IMG/VR virus record: IMGVR_UViG_3300017655_000277 | Coordinates: 1-41,190 of that record | DNA from: a virus | Taxonomy: Duplodnaviria; Caudoviricetes | DNA: 41,190 bases | Direction: 5' to 3' (one strand) | In this document: positions 32,289-41,190 of the stretch, in pieces | How positions within the stretch are numbered: the stretch's first letter is position 1 | Layout: every line of letters begins with the position of its first letter | Position numbers and translations under genes: made by a program | Notes under the pieces: generated by a model | Databases searched by the model: none | The model's input: only the letters and a program-made list of their open reading frames with translations | Told to the model about the DNA's origin: nothing

Positions 32289-33368
32289 TTAACCAACCCT
32301 ATTAAATTGAAACAAACCCTGACTAGACGCCACCCGATTAGTAGAAATATCTCCATACGCCGGATTGAGTTCAATGATAATCCAGTATCTACCCAGTTTA
32401 TCAGACACAACGGCGGTAGTACCAGCGCCCCCGAATGGATCAATCACTACCCCCCCCTGCGGACTACCAGCCTTTATGCAATCCACTATCAGCTTTTCCG
32501 GAAAAGTCGCAAAATGGGCCTCATGGAACTGGGCGGGCGATACCGTCCATACAGACCGCTTATTCCGCATCCCCGGTCCCTGCTCGCGCTTGGTCATGTG
32601 ATCCCATCTAGCATTAAAACCCTCATGCCGTCTCGAATGGCCCCGCTGTTTGTCGTTGTGTTTTCCGTTAAATTTAGACGCATCTTTAAATCCAGCTCTG
32701 ATACCGTTTCGCAGCTCATCCGGCACGCTTTTGTTGCTGTTTGCCACGCGCGCCTTTCTCGCCGCGGTACCGGTACCATCCACATCGTACACAGCCAGCT
32801 CTTTGATGGCTTCATGGTCATAGTAGTACTTCGGTTGCTTCGAAAGCATAAATATGTATTCATGACTTTTTGTACAGCGGTCGGTAACCGATTCGGGCAT
32901 GCAATTTGGTTTGCTCCAAATAATATCTTGGCGCAGATACCACCCATCCGCCCGCAAAGCAAAAGCCAGCATCCAGGGTATGCCAATTAGATCCTTTTGC
33001 TTCAAGCCCGGCCCCATCTTTTTAGGCTGATTCTTACAAGCAATTTGGTTACCCTTACCACCCATCAAGCCCGATTTTCTGCATGCCTGTTCATCTGTCC
33101 GCTTCTTAGCGGCCGATGCATAACTATCCCCAATATTCACCCACAACGTGCCATCATCACGTAGTACACGCCGCACTTCACGAAAAACCGTCACCAGCTT
33201 ATCAATATACTCTTCCGGCGTAGCCTCCATACCTATTTGGCAGGCCACTCCATAATCACGTAAGCCATAGTATGGCGGCGACGTTACGCATGTGTGCGCA
33301 ATACCGTCGGGCAATTCCTTTAGCCTCGCCAAAGCATCGCCGATCAATATTTTATTAAGTTCACTCAT
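32289..33368 (-). CDS. DNA methyltransferase (N4-C/N6-A family, beta class)
   Basis: VTSPPY before HFATFP...DPFGGAGTT; SPPY suggests N4-cytosine. Confidence 0.92.
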   Translation of the reverse strand: MSELNKILIGDALARLKELPDGIAHTCVTSPPYYGLRDYGVACQIGMEATPEEYIDKLVTVFREVRRVLRDDGTLWVNIGDSYASAAKKRTDEQACRKSGLMGGKGNQIACKNQPKKMGPGLKQKDLIGIPWMLAFALRADGWYLRQDIIWSKPNCMPESVTDRCTKSHEYIFMLSKQPKYYYDHEAIKELAVYDVDGTGTAARKARVANSNKSVPDELRNGIRAGFKDASKFNGKHNDKQRGHSRRHEGFNARWDHMTKREQGPGMRNKRSVWTVSPAQFHEAHFATFPEKLIVDCIKAGSPQGGVVIDPFGGAGTTAVVSDKLGRYWIIIELNPAYGDISTNRVASSQGLFQFNRVG

Positions 33369-33372
33369 GATA

Positions 33373-34227
33373 TTATTCAGTTAATAGATTTCTCAAACTC
33401 CAGCCACTTTTAAACGTCGCCTTCCCTTCATCTTCCATCTCGATCATTTGTCCCAGCAGCTCCGGGTTGTGTTTCGCTCCACATTGCAGATCACCAATAC
33501 ACGCCAGCACACAAAACATGCAGCTCACCCGCTCGTTTCCGAAAACATACGCAGGATGGAACGGCCACCAGTCAGGCACGAGGCCATTCTGCTGGTAAAA
33601 TGCCCTAGCAAACATCAAATCCGCCGACGTCATACCATACGTGGCCCACACCTGGTCAATTGAGTAATCAAATACCGGATACCAGTTTATCGTTAGCCGC
33701 TTGTCGGGGCGATAATTCCGTAGGGCTTCCGCTACCGTCATTCTTTTGTAAAACTCGCTAGTTTTACTTCCTCTAATGCTAAGTGGCTGCTTCTTTGCAC
33801 GGGCTTTTGATTCCTGGGCACGTATACCCTCGGCAGATATAACAAGGTTCCCACAAGTAGTAAAGAAAACGTTTGATGGTCCACGCTTCAAATCGCTAGT
33901 GCAATAGCGGCTTTTTGCACTACTCCAAAACGGTTTGCCAGTATCCTTCAATAGTAACAAACGGCGGTACCAATAAGCCAGTAGATCCAGCCCGTCCTTA
34001 CGTTTCAAAATATGCAACGGCAACGTAAACTCTTTCGCTTGCTTCCGGCACATATCAATACTTTGTGGCCACTCTACGCGTCCAAGGTCGCAATGTATCA
34101 TCGAGGTAATTGGATACCCGTTTGTAGCCAGCATTTTCGTCATAGCTTGGCCATCCTTGCCACCCGACACACTGCAATGAATTTCAGCGCCTAGGGATAT
34201 AGCTTTATCAATCAATAGATTTTCCAT
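33373..34227 (-). CDS. Phosphoadenosine phosphosulfate (PAPS) reductase family protein
   Basis: PP-loop SVSGGKDG, RYCTSDLK, GIRAQES and HPAY..GNERVSCMFC. Confidence 0.88.
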   Translation of the reverse strand: MENLLIDKAISLGAEIHCSVSGGKDGQAMTKMLATNGYPITSMIHCDLGRVEWPQSIDMCRKQAKEFTLPLHILKRKDGLDLLAYWYRRLLLLKDTGKPFWSSAKSRYCTSDLKRGPSNVFFTTCGNLVISAEGIRAQESKARAKKQPLSIRGSKTSEFYKRMTVAEALRNYRPDKRLTINWYPVFDYSIDQVWATYGMTSADLMFARAFYQQNGLVPDWWPFHPAYVFGNERVSCMFCVLACIGDLQCGAKHNPELLGQMIEMEDEGKATFKSGWSLRNLLTE

Positions 34228-34229
34228 AT

Positions 34230-37112
34230 TTAAAACCCCGCCTCCCCATTAGTCGGCGGCACATTCGTAAAAGGCAAAGCACCCTGCACCGCCGCAGGCT
34301 CTTCCGCCACCGGTTCCGCATCTTCCACCACCTCGTTATCATTCACATCCCCCCGGCTCACCTCATCGTCCGGCAATCCCATTTCGCGGTACCGCGCTTT
34401 CAGCCTATCCATATCCTCCTCACGGATCAAGTCCACGCCAAGGTCCGCATACTTAAACCGCAGCGACCACTTATACGCCCCGCCAAAAAATATCCGGTGC
34501 CGTTTCACGAAAGTTTTCGCATCGCTCATGAGGTAGCTATCCAGTGTAGACTTATCCAGTATATTCGGGTCCCGGCGTTTCTGCATCGCCTCCGTATACT
34601 GTTGGTAAATATCCTGCACCCGTATATCAATGTACCCATCACGCAACTGGAAGTGCCTATTTTCCTGCACCAGCCCAGCCGCCACCAGTTGCTCCACAAT
34701 CTGCCAAAACTTCGACGTATCATCCGAGCCCCGCAATATGTGGAACTGCTCCAGCAGTAGCTGCTTACATTGCTCCTTAAAATCCGACAACTTAAACGGC
34801 AATTTCTCCACGCCCTCCACCAACTCACACGTCGCAATCATCACTGAATAATTAGCCAGCATCCGCTCATCCACATCCGCGTTATTAATCTCCCTGCTCA
34901 GCTCGCGCAGCACCCGCTCATACACATCCTTGTACTGGTCGGCAAACAGCTTCCTATGCCGCATCAATTCCACTGTAAGGTGAGATACCCCCGCCACCTC
35001 CATTTCCCGCAGCTTACGGTACCGCTCGCGCGCAGCCTCACTAAACTTCGTCTCCGCAAAGACCAGCTGTATCACCCGCGTAAACAATGCCGGCTCCACC
35101 GTAGGCATTTCCTGCCCGCTCACAATCGCCGCGCTCCGTATAGGCGTGCTCTCTGTTTGGAAAGTATTATCCTTTTTGCCACGCTCATAGCCAATACCGT
35201 CAAAAATATTCTTGATCGATTCCACAATCGGTCCCTGCAGGCTATTCTTATACTCATCCAGCCACACCAGCGCATTGCTAAACTGGGCCATTTTCCGCAT
35301 AAAGCTCACCACGGTCGATTTCCCTCCCAACATAATCTGATCCTGCCCCTCGCCAAATAAACGCATCAACGACTGCACCATCGTACCCTTACCGCTTCCC
35401 CGCTTGCCATAAGGAAAAAGCATTGGAAAGCGCTGGCCATTCCGCGCAAAGATGATATCCCTAAACAGCGCCGCCATATAAAAAACCATACCCACACGAC
35501 CATTGGCGCCAAATACCCTATCAAACAAAACCGCCCACTCCGAAAATCCAACCGTCCCCTCCATCAGCTTAAACTTCTTATCATTGGCGTACATATCATC
35601 CTTATCCGCAAACATTCGGCTCATCGCCGGGATAAAGTAGTTTTGCGGCTTACCGTCCACCTCATGCTCTACGATCCCAAACTCATCAACTGGCAAAAAC
35701 TTTCCAGCGGCAACCACGTATATCCCATTCGCAAACGCATAGAACCCACCGCGCCGATTCCAGCCCAGCGTATCAACCAGCGCCGTAGGCTTTTCCTCCC
35801 GTTGCAGCATGTCCTGTAGGCGTATCAGGTCATGGTCAGCACCTTTAAAGATAAAATTACCCTGCCGGGCGATGATTTTCTTAAACGAACCCGCCGAAAC
35901 AAAATCATCCGTGTTCACGCGGATCACCTTATCCAGCCCGAAAACATTCTTGATTTGGAGAATACGGAAAGCCACATCGTCGCTTGTGGCTACGTGGTAG
36001 ATAATCCGCATTTTGAAATTTGTTATTTCCTCTTTTTTGCCCTTCAGGTTAAGCGAATAGTACGTTTGCGTTCGTCTATCCAGGTAGATGCCATATTTCA
36101 AAAAATCATCTGTCGAATCCTCATCCCCGATGATCGCTTTCGCATCAGAATGCTGCTGGGCCTCATCCAGCGTACGCGGCGCTTTAATGCTAAGCCCATA
36201 ATCCTTAGCGATCGAGAAAAAACGCGTCGGGTGTTTAATCCGCTTCCGTGTGGCTAGTGCGTTCGCCCATTTCTCATCCGTTAGTTTCGCATCATAAGCC
36301 CCATTTTGAGCGCTCACCAGGTGGAACAAATCGCGCGCCCGCTCGCCAAACACCGCCAGCGAGAAAGCAATCACCTGCCAGTCATTATAATCGTCGGTAA
36401 TGTCCACTTTATCCCGCGCAATTTGCTCGCCTACCCATTCCGCCCGCTTAAAATCCTGATTCAGCTTATGCCGCCGTTGTGCCTCCTCTTCCAATTCGTC
36501 ACCCTCCCCAGCGGCCCCATCAAAAGGGAGCTCATCCGCCCCCTCGGCAGGTTCCGCCACCACCGGTGCCGGCGGATTATACACCTTCGCTTTCCCATTG
36601 TAATAAGCATCCGGGTCCCAGCTCACAAAGCAAGCCCGTGCCACATCCTTCACCCCCTTATCAGCCGGAATATCAAAATTATCCGCAAAAAACGCCTTCA
36701 ACCCCTCAAAGCTCTCCTCATGCTTAGTAGGCGATATCCGGCAAACCACCTTCAGGCCCTCCCCACTGGGCGATATGAAAGCCGCCGCCACAAAATCCAC
36801 CTCCGGCAGCAACTTGCGCAGCTCCGCGAGCCTTTCCACGGCCACCCCGTCAAAATCAATACAAATCAGCCCGCTATGCTTCACCAGCGCGTCGTTGGCC
36901 CGCTTCTTAAACACCCCGCTAAAACAAAAATAATCCAGCGAGTTTTTCAGCACCTTCGCCGCCACCGGGTCGGCAATCCCACGCAGCTGCTCCACCGTCT
37001 CGCGGTAGTCATCTTTGCGTATCTTATCAATAGCCTGTTTCAGCGGATAGGAGCAAAGCGGTTTCGTGTTTTTTATCGGTCCCCTAAAAAAAGAAAATTC
37101 AAGCATCAGCAA
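34230..37112 (-). CDS. Primase-helicase (BT4734/BF3469-like N-terminus, PriCT-2-like domain, P-loop helicase)
   Basis: SGLICIDFD, FISPSGEGLK, DVARACFVSWDP; DYNDWQVIAFSL; Walker A GKRGSGKG and Walker B WLDEY. Confidence 0.85.
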   Translation of the reverse strand: MLMLEFSFFRGPIKNTKPLCSYPLKQAIDKIRKDDYRETVEQLRGIADPVAAKVLKNSLDYFCFSGVFKKRANDALVKHSGLICIDFDGVAVERLAELRKLLPEVDFVAAAFISPSGEGLKVVCRISPTKHEESFEGLKAFFADNFDIPADKGVKDVARACFVSWDPDAYYNGKAKVYNPPAPVVAEPAEGADELPFDGAAGEGDELEEEAQRRHKLNQDFKRAEWVGEQIARDKVDITDDYNDWQVIAFSLAVFGERARDLFHLVSAQNGAYDAKLTDEKWANALATRKRIKHPTRFFSIAKDYGLSIKAPRTLDEAQQHSDAKAIIGDEDSTDDFLKYGIYLDRRTQTYYSLNLKGKKEEITNFKMRIIYHVATSDDVAFRILQIKNVFGLDKVIRVNTDDFVSAGSFKKIIARQGNFIFKGADHDLIRLQDMLQREEKPTALVDTLGWNRRGGFYAFANGIYVVAAGKFLPVDEFGIVEHEVDGKPQNYFIPAMSRMFADKDDMYANDKKFKLMEGTVGFSEWAVLFDRVFGANGRVGMVFYMAALFRDIIFARNGQRFPMLFPYGKRGSGKGTMVQSLMRLFGEGQDQIMLGGKSTVVSFMRKMAQFSNALVWLDEYKNSLQGPIVESIKNIFDGIGYERGKKDNTFQTESTPIRSAAIVSGQEMPTVEPALFTRVIQLVFAETKFSEAARERYRKLREMEVAGVSHLTVELMRHRKLFADQYKDVYERVLRELSREINNADVDERMLANYSVMIATCELVEGVEKLPFKLSDFKEQCKQLLLEQFHILRGSDDTSKFWQIVEQLVAAGLVQENRHFQLRDGYIDIRVQDIYQQYTEAMQKRRDPNILDKSTLDSYLMSDAKTFVKRHRIFFGGAYKWSLRFKYADLGVDLIREEDMDRLKARYREMGLPDDEVSRGDVNDNEVVEDAEPVAEEPAAVQGALPFTNVPPTNGEAGF

Positions 37113-37117
37113 ATCAG

Positions 37118-37690
37118 TTAGTCATGTTTAGTAATCTCGTGGTACCGCTGCAAAAACAGCGCTTTCACGCGGTCAATGGTTAGGCTCTGTACCGTATCAT
37201 CCAGCACCTTATGCTCCCATTCAAATTCCAGCGACGATTTATCCAGCGCCTTCACCATCGGGTCTATCCGGTACGGGTCAAACCCAAACTTTCGGCCTAT
37301 AGCCTCCATCAGCGTAGCCTCTACCTTCAGGTAGTCCGGCATCGCCCGCTTTATCGGCGTCGGCATATCACCAATGTACGCCTCGCTGGCATCGTGCAGC
37401 AGCGCCTGCAGCTTCAAGTGTTGGGGTACCATGTCAGCAATGAAAACGCAGTGCTCCGCCACCGTGTGGAAAGATTTCGTATGCCCACCAAATCGGCACC
37501 GCATCGCCAGCCCATGCGCAATATCCTCAATGCATATTTGGTGGGGCTGCGGGTCAAACACATCAATGTATAGCCCGCTATACGTGCGTATGGCCGAGCC
37601 AGTGCCAAAAAGCGGTGCACTATGCACCACTTCCTTACCAGCTACCACTACCATTGCTTTGTGCAGGTTGCGTGTTACCATTCGGTTCAT
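37118..37690 (-). CDS. HD-domain hydrolase (YfbR-like 5'-deoxynucleotidase family); start uncertain
   Basis: IEDIAHGL..CRFGGH...TVAEH...ALLHDASEAYIGD. Confidence 0.85.
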   Translation of the reverse strand: MNRMVTRNLHKAMVVVAGKEVVHSAPLFGTGSAIRTYSGLYIDVFDPQPHQICIEDIAHGLAMRCRFGGHTKSFHTVAEHCVFIADMVPQHLKLQALLHDASEAYIGDMPTPIKRAMPDYLKVEATLMEAIGRKFGFDPYRIDPMVKALDKSSLEFEWEHKVLDDTVQSLTIDRVKALFLQRYHEITKHD

Positions 37691-38012
37691 GCAGCGTCAA
37701 GTCCCCCAGCCGCGCGCTGATCAACCAAATATCTTCCCCTGTCTCGCGCTTCTGAAACCTTTTGCTGTCCACATATACCACCACCTCCACACGCTTTTCG
37801 TGCAGGTTAGTGTTTAAGCCCATCTTATCAATCCTATCGTTAAAGATGTCCAGCTGCCACTCCTCATCCTGGCCCTTCTTATCGCCAAACCCATCCACAT
37901 ACCCCGGCACAAAAAGAATTACCGATTGGCGCCTGCCTGCCGACTCCCCACTGCCATAATTTACCACCGGCATCACCCGTTTTACGATGCCCTTCAAATT
38001 GAACTTTGCCAT
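37635..38012 (-). CDS. DUF3127-like OB-fold (ssDNA-binding) protein
   Basis: LKGIVKRV...IFNDRID...VEVVVYVDSKRF pattern with low-complexity tail. Confidence 0.55.
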   Translation of the reverse strand: MAKFNLKGIVKRVMPVVNYGSGESAGRRQSVILFVPGYVDGFGDKKGQDEEWQLDIFNDRIDKMGLNTNLHEKRVEVVVYVDSKRFQKRETGEDIWLISARLGDLTLHEPNGNTQPAQSNGSGSW

Positions 38013-38108
38013 GATTATTGATTTTTATAGATTAGAAAAATAGATTACCCAATAATGGGGCGGCACTAATCACCGCCCCGGTCAATCCGCCGATACGGCA
38101 TATCAGCA

Positions 38109-38552
38109 TCACGAATGCGTTGGCACCGGTGCCGAATCCTTCAAGTAGTTGCCACACCACTCCACAATAGGCATTATCACCTCCTGGTAGTGGTGTCTAA
38201 AGCGCGAGAAAGGCCCCGGCGCAAGCTCCTCAATCAGATCACTATCAGCCACCACCTTCGCGCACAGCGCAGGCAAAGTGCTCTCATAGCCCCCCATCAG
38301 CATAAACAGCAGCTTATCCACCGCATTCTGCGCCCGCGCATGCCTAGCGCCGGTCATCAGCACCACCGCCTTACTGCGCTGCAATACAAAGCCCCTCAGT
38401 TGCTCAAAAATGTACTTCCGCGCCTGCACCGTCCACACCGTCACCGCATGGTCCGTGCTCATTACCGGCACCACTCTTTTTGGCAGGTGCGCCCGTTTCG
38501 GGTATTCCAATATCAGTACCCGTTGTTTCGTGTCAAGATGTCCTGTCAGCAT
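38109..38552 (-). CDS. Hypothetical protein, 147 aa
   Basis: ATG ORF tightly packed in the early operon. Confidence 0.65.
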   Translation of the reverse strand: MLTGHLDTKQRVLILEYPKRAHLPKRVVPVMSTDHAVTVWTVQARKYIFEQLRGFVLQRSKAVVLMTGARHARAQNAVDKLLFMLMGGYESTLPALCAKVVADSDLIEELAPGPFSRFRHHYQEVIMPIVEWCGNYLKDSAPVPTHS

Positions 38553-38554
38553 AA

Positions 38555-38878
38555 CTATTTGATTTTCAAATGTTGTTTAACGTCCTTCATAGCTTTCTCC
38601 AGCGCAGGTATGCGCTCCAAATTCTCATATCTCGCTTTTATTACCACGGCCTCGCCCATCACAAACATCACCGCCAAAAACCTATCCTTTTCCGCCACTA
38701 CACCCACAAATCGCCTACGGCCAAAAACCTCACGTATCTCCATGTGCCGCAGCCCTGAAAACACTGAGTGGCCCACTCCATGCTCCACAAGCTCGTATAT
38801 CGTAGAGTCGCCCTTGTCAGACCAGTAGCCTAGTTTTTCTCGGAAAATCACCCCCGGTTTAAATTCTCTTCTTTTCAT
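38555..38878 (-). CDS. Hypothetical protein, 107 aa
   Basis: ATG ORF with AT-rich leader in the early operon. Confidence 0.65.
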   Translation of the reverse strand: MKRREFKPGVIFREKLGYWSDKGDSTIYELVEHGVGHSVFSGLRHMEIREVFGRRRFVGVVAEKDRFLAVMFVMGEAVVIKARYENLERIPALEKAMKDVKQHLKIK

Positions 38879-38897
38879 AGTATTGGTTTTTTAAAAC

Positions 38898-39470
38898 TTA
38901 CAATAGGTTTTTCTGTATGGCAAAGGCAGATATCTCCAGCTTACTGCTAAAGCCACATTTCTGCTGTATATTCTGCACATGGCTCTTTACCGTCTCCTCA
39001 CTGATCTTTAACTCATCAGCTATCTCGCAATTCGCTTTTCCCTGCCCGGTCAGCTTCACCACATCCAGCTCACGCTTCGTCAGGTAGCCATTAGCCACCT
39101 TTATCGCCGGGCAAAGCTTGCCCTCCATCGAGCAGCTACCACGCTTGCCGCAGTCAAAGTATTCCGTATGCTCAATGCGCCCATCCGGCGATATATCCGG
39201 CTCCGAGTCAAACCCGCCGAAACGGCAAAGTATGTACTGGCGCAGCATTTCCTCACGCGTAGTCAGGTCCCACGCTACCAGCGCCCGTATCGCTTCCGGG
39301 TGCCTCGCCAAGTCATCATCAACTATTGCCAGTATTTGGTCGGGTATTTGGTCAAAGGGTAGGGGAGTGCCACTATGCAGGCACCAAATTTCGCCTTGGT
39401 GGTAAAAGAACTCCACCCCCTTATCCATAAGCCCCGCTGGCAAACGTTGGTTTAACGGCTTCCCAGTCAT
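38898..39470 (-). CDS. LuxR-type HTH regulator with Cys-rich linker
   Basis: C-terminal LTKRELDVVKL..QG....EIADELKISEETVKSHVQNIQQK; CGKRGSCSMEGKLC upstream. Confidence 0.85.
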   Translation of the reverse strand: MTGKPLNQRLPAGLMDKGVEFFYHQGEIWCLHSGTPLPFDQIPDQILAIVDDDLARHPEAIRALVAWDLTTREEMLRQYILCRFGGFDSEPDISPDGRIEHTEYFDCGKRGSCSMEGKLCPAIKVANGYLTKRELDVVKLTGQGKANCEIADELKISEETVKSHVQNIQQKCGFSSKLEISAFAIQKNLL

Positions 39471-39706
39471 GCCAAAGCAGCAATTTTGTTTTCCATTTCA
39501 GCCGCCTGCGCGCGCGCTTCCTCAACAACTTTCAGCGCTTCCTCAACTATTTTCATGTTTACGTTTTTGGTTTTTCCATTGAGAGCCTTACTAACCGCAC
39601 TTTGCTTTAAATTAAGCCGCTCCGCAATGGTGTTGATCGCTCCTGAAGGCAAAACAGCTCGTAGTGCTTTCAGAGATTTAGTACTTATTTGGGATTTCAT
39701 AATCAC
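39467..39706 (-). CDS. Cro-like HTH protein
   Basis: INTIAERLNLKQSAVSKALNG; first gene divergent from the cI-like gene. Confidence 0.8.
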   Translation of the reverse strand: MIMKSQISTKSLKALRAVLPSGAINTIAERLNLKQSAVSKALNGKTKNVNMKIVEEALKVVEEARAQAAEMENKIAALA

Positions 39707-39716
39707 TATTTAAATA

Positions 39717-39835
39717 TGAATTTTGATTTCACAAATATGAAATTCATTCACTGAATATGCAAATCAAATTCACATTTAAGGAATATTTTATTCATACAAA
39801 ACTGATTATGAGTGAAATAAAATTTCATTTATTTG
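39717..39835. promoter_or_regulatory. Lysis/lysogeny switch with TGAA-N7-TTCA operators
   Basis: Perfect copies at 39717-39731 and 39813-39827, one-mismatch copies at 39758-39772 and 39780-39794; TTTATTTG (39828-39835) 4 nt before the cI-like ATG. Confidence 0.7.
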
Positions 39836-39839
39836 TGAT

Positions 39840-40250
39840 ATGAAAGAACCGATTGGCGAGATTATACGCGAAAGCGTTAAACGATCCGGACTCACGCAAG
39901 AAGAGTTCGCAAAGGAGATGGGAATGACACTTAGGAATTTAGCCAACCTATTCAACAAACAGCGCCTTCCGATTGAGCAAGTTGTTAGGGCTTCTAAGAT
40001 ACTGAAAGAGGATTTCATAGAACGTTACACGGACATTCTTTACGACGAGGACCCCGGATTATCCGCCATTAGGCAGGCACCGGTACTTCGAGAACCCGCG
40101 TCAGGATATGAAGCCACAGTTCATAAAGAGCCGATACTCACTTTTTCATTAAACATCAAAGGTGAAGCTGGGAAGATTTCAGAAAAATTCCCTGAACTAT
40201 TAAACGTAATTAAATCAGAAACCGAAGCCAGGGGGCTTCAACTCGGATAA
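39840..40250 (+). CDS. cI-like XRE-family repressor lacking an obvious S24 peptidase domain
   Basis: IGEIIRE...GLTQEEFAKEMGMTLRNLANLF HTH; only 136 aa. Confidence 0.8.
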   Translation: MKEPIGEIIRESVKRSGLTQEEFAKEMGMTLRNLANLFNKQRLPIEQVVRASKILKEDFIERYTDILYDEDPGLSAIRQAPVLREPASGYEATVHKEPILTFSLNIKGEAGKISEKFPELLNVIKSETEARGLQLG

Positions 40251-40266
40251 CCCAAAACTACGCACA

Positions 40267-41190
40267 ATGGATTTTATAGCTATCGACTTCGAAACCGCCG
40301 ACGAAACACGTTATTCGCCGTGCCAACTTGGTATTACCACTGTTCGTTGCGGAAAGGTAATTGAAAATAAAAAGTGGAACATCAAACCAGCGTGCTGGCC
40401 CGATTTCAATCCTTTCAACATATCTGTTCACGGAATCGAACCGGATCAAGTTGCCAACGCACCTACTTTCCCCGACCTGTGGCCCGAAATCGCTCCGTAT
40501 TTTCAAGATACCACCATAATTGCCCACAATGCGGCATTTGATGTGGATGTATTACGACAAACACTAGATTATCATAGAATGCCCATGCCAAGCTTTGATT
40601 TTGTATGCAGTTACTGTATATCTAAGCAAGCATGGCCACATTTTGGCGCATATTCGTTGCCATTACTTTGTAATCGGTTGGACATTAAGCTTACAACCCA
40701 TCACGATGCGCAGGCAGATAGTTTAGCGGCTGCTCAAATCTTTCAAAAAATTGTAGACCAGTATCATATTACCGGCCTGCCATCCGTAGCGCTTAACTTT
40801 AAAATACGCATCGGCACCTTATCGGAAACCTTATACATAGCGTCCAATACCGTAAGGCAATACGATAATAAAAAACGCGATATGTCACGCTTCGTACCAA
40901 CGCTAGGCAAAGAGGATACAGAATCTGTCTTTTACGGTCAAAACGTCGTGTTTACCGGTAAGTTATCATCTATGCAACGCGAATTGGCATTGCAGACAAT
41001 CGTAGATATCGGCGGCTACGTATCTGAAACCCTCACAACCTCTACAAATTTTCTTGTGGTTGGCCAGCAAGACACCGCTATAGTAGGAATTTCCGGCATG
41101 AGCGGCAAACAGAAGAAGGCTATTTCGTTCGCCGAAAAGGGGCATCCCATTGAAGTCGTTAGCGAACAGTTTTTTTTAAACAATATATAA
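40267..41190 (+). CDS. DEDDh 3'-5' exonuclease (DnaQ-like) fused to a C-terminal BRCT domain
   Basis: AIDFETA, AHNAAFD and HHDAQADS; BRCT-like FYGQNVVFTGKL...GG...TNFLVVG...KKA. Confidence 0.9.
   Translation: MDFIAIDFETADETRYSPCQLGITTVRCGKVIENKKWNIKPACWPDFNPFNISVHGIEPDQVANAPTFPDLWPEIAPYFQDTTIIAHNAAFDVDVLRQTLDYHRMPMPSFDFVCSYCISKQAWPHFGAYSLPLLCNRLDIKLTTHHDAQADSLAAAQIFQKIVDQYHITGLPSVALNFKIRIGTLSETLYIASNTVRQYDNKKRDMSRFVPTLGKEDTESVFYGQNVVFTGKLSSMQRELALQTIVDIGGYVSETLTTSTNFLVVGQQDTAIVGISGMSGKQKKAISFAEKGHPIEVVSEQFFLNNI

Larger units (their letters stand above)
1..41190. mobile_element. Temperate siphovirus-like prophage (Bacteroidota-type); att boundaries not resolved in the window
   Basis: Integrase, tape measure, tail fibre, endolysin, portal, terminase, capsid, Clp protease, primase-helicase and a cI/cro-like switch in one contiguous block; no host housekeeping genes seen. 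Confidence 0.96.

Noticed and set aside
31455-33368. Restriction-modification or complete Dnd/Ssp system
   Set aside because: No restriction endonuclease, cysteine desulfurase or DndD/E-like partners recognisable; the small HNH protein is a common phage type.
1-41190. attL/attR direct repeats, tRNA or rRNA genes
   Set aside because: The window starts and ends exactly on ORF boundaries, so att cores probably lie outside; no cloverleaf or rRNA-like sequence recognised.

Overview
The whole window is one temperate, siphovirus-like prophage of a Bacteroidota host. The host call is inferred from TAnnTTTG-type promoters, a DUF3127-like gene and a BT4734/BF3469-type primase. No sheath or baseplate-wedge genes were recognised, and the att sites are not resolved inside the window. 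Left to right: tyrosine integrase (+); then on the minus strand the tail genes, a lysis cassette (GH19 endolysin, u-spanin-like lipoprotein), portal, terminase, tail tube, capsid and Clp protease; a regulatory/origin-like interval at 28.5-29.9 kb; an early operon (HNH, MazG-like, two DNA methyltransferases, PAPS-reductase-family protein, primase-helicase, HD hydrolase, LuxR-type and Cro-like HTH); and finally a cI-like repressor and a DEDDh exonuclease-BRCT gene (+). Most notable observations: (1) a 7-copy fixed-geometry motif GTCC(T/C)TT-N24-TTTG, six copies followed by N4-ATG, which looks like a phage-specific late promoter making leaderless mRNAs; (2) virion proteins with envelope-targeting N-termini (tail fibre with a Sec-type signal peptide, capsid with a two-helix hydrophobic leader); (3) a 151-aa ORF after the portal that reads like a compressed, Walker-A-dead terminase ATPase; (4) two mutually inverted TGGAYA iteron arrays; (5) an SOS-box-like palindrome on a small gene that could trigger induction. 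All product calls come from motif recognition by eye and gene context; no database search was run.
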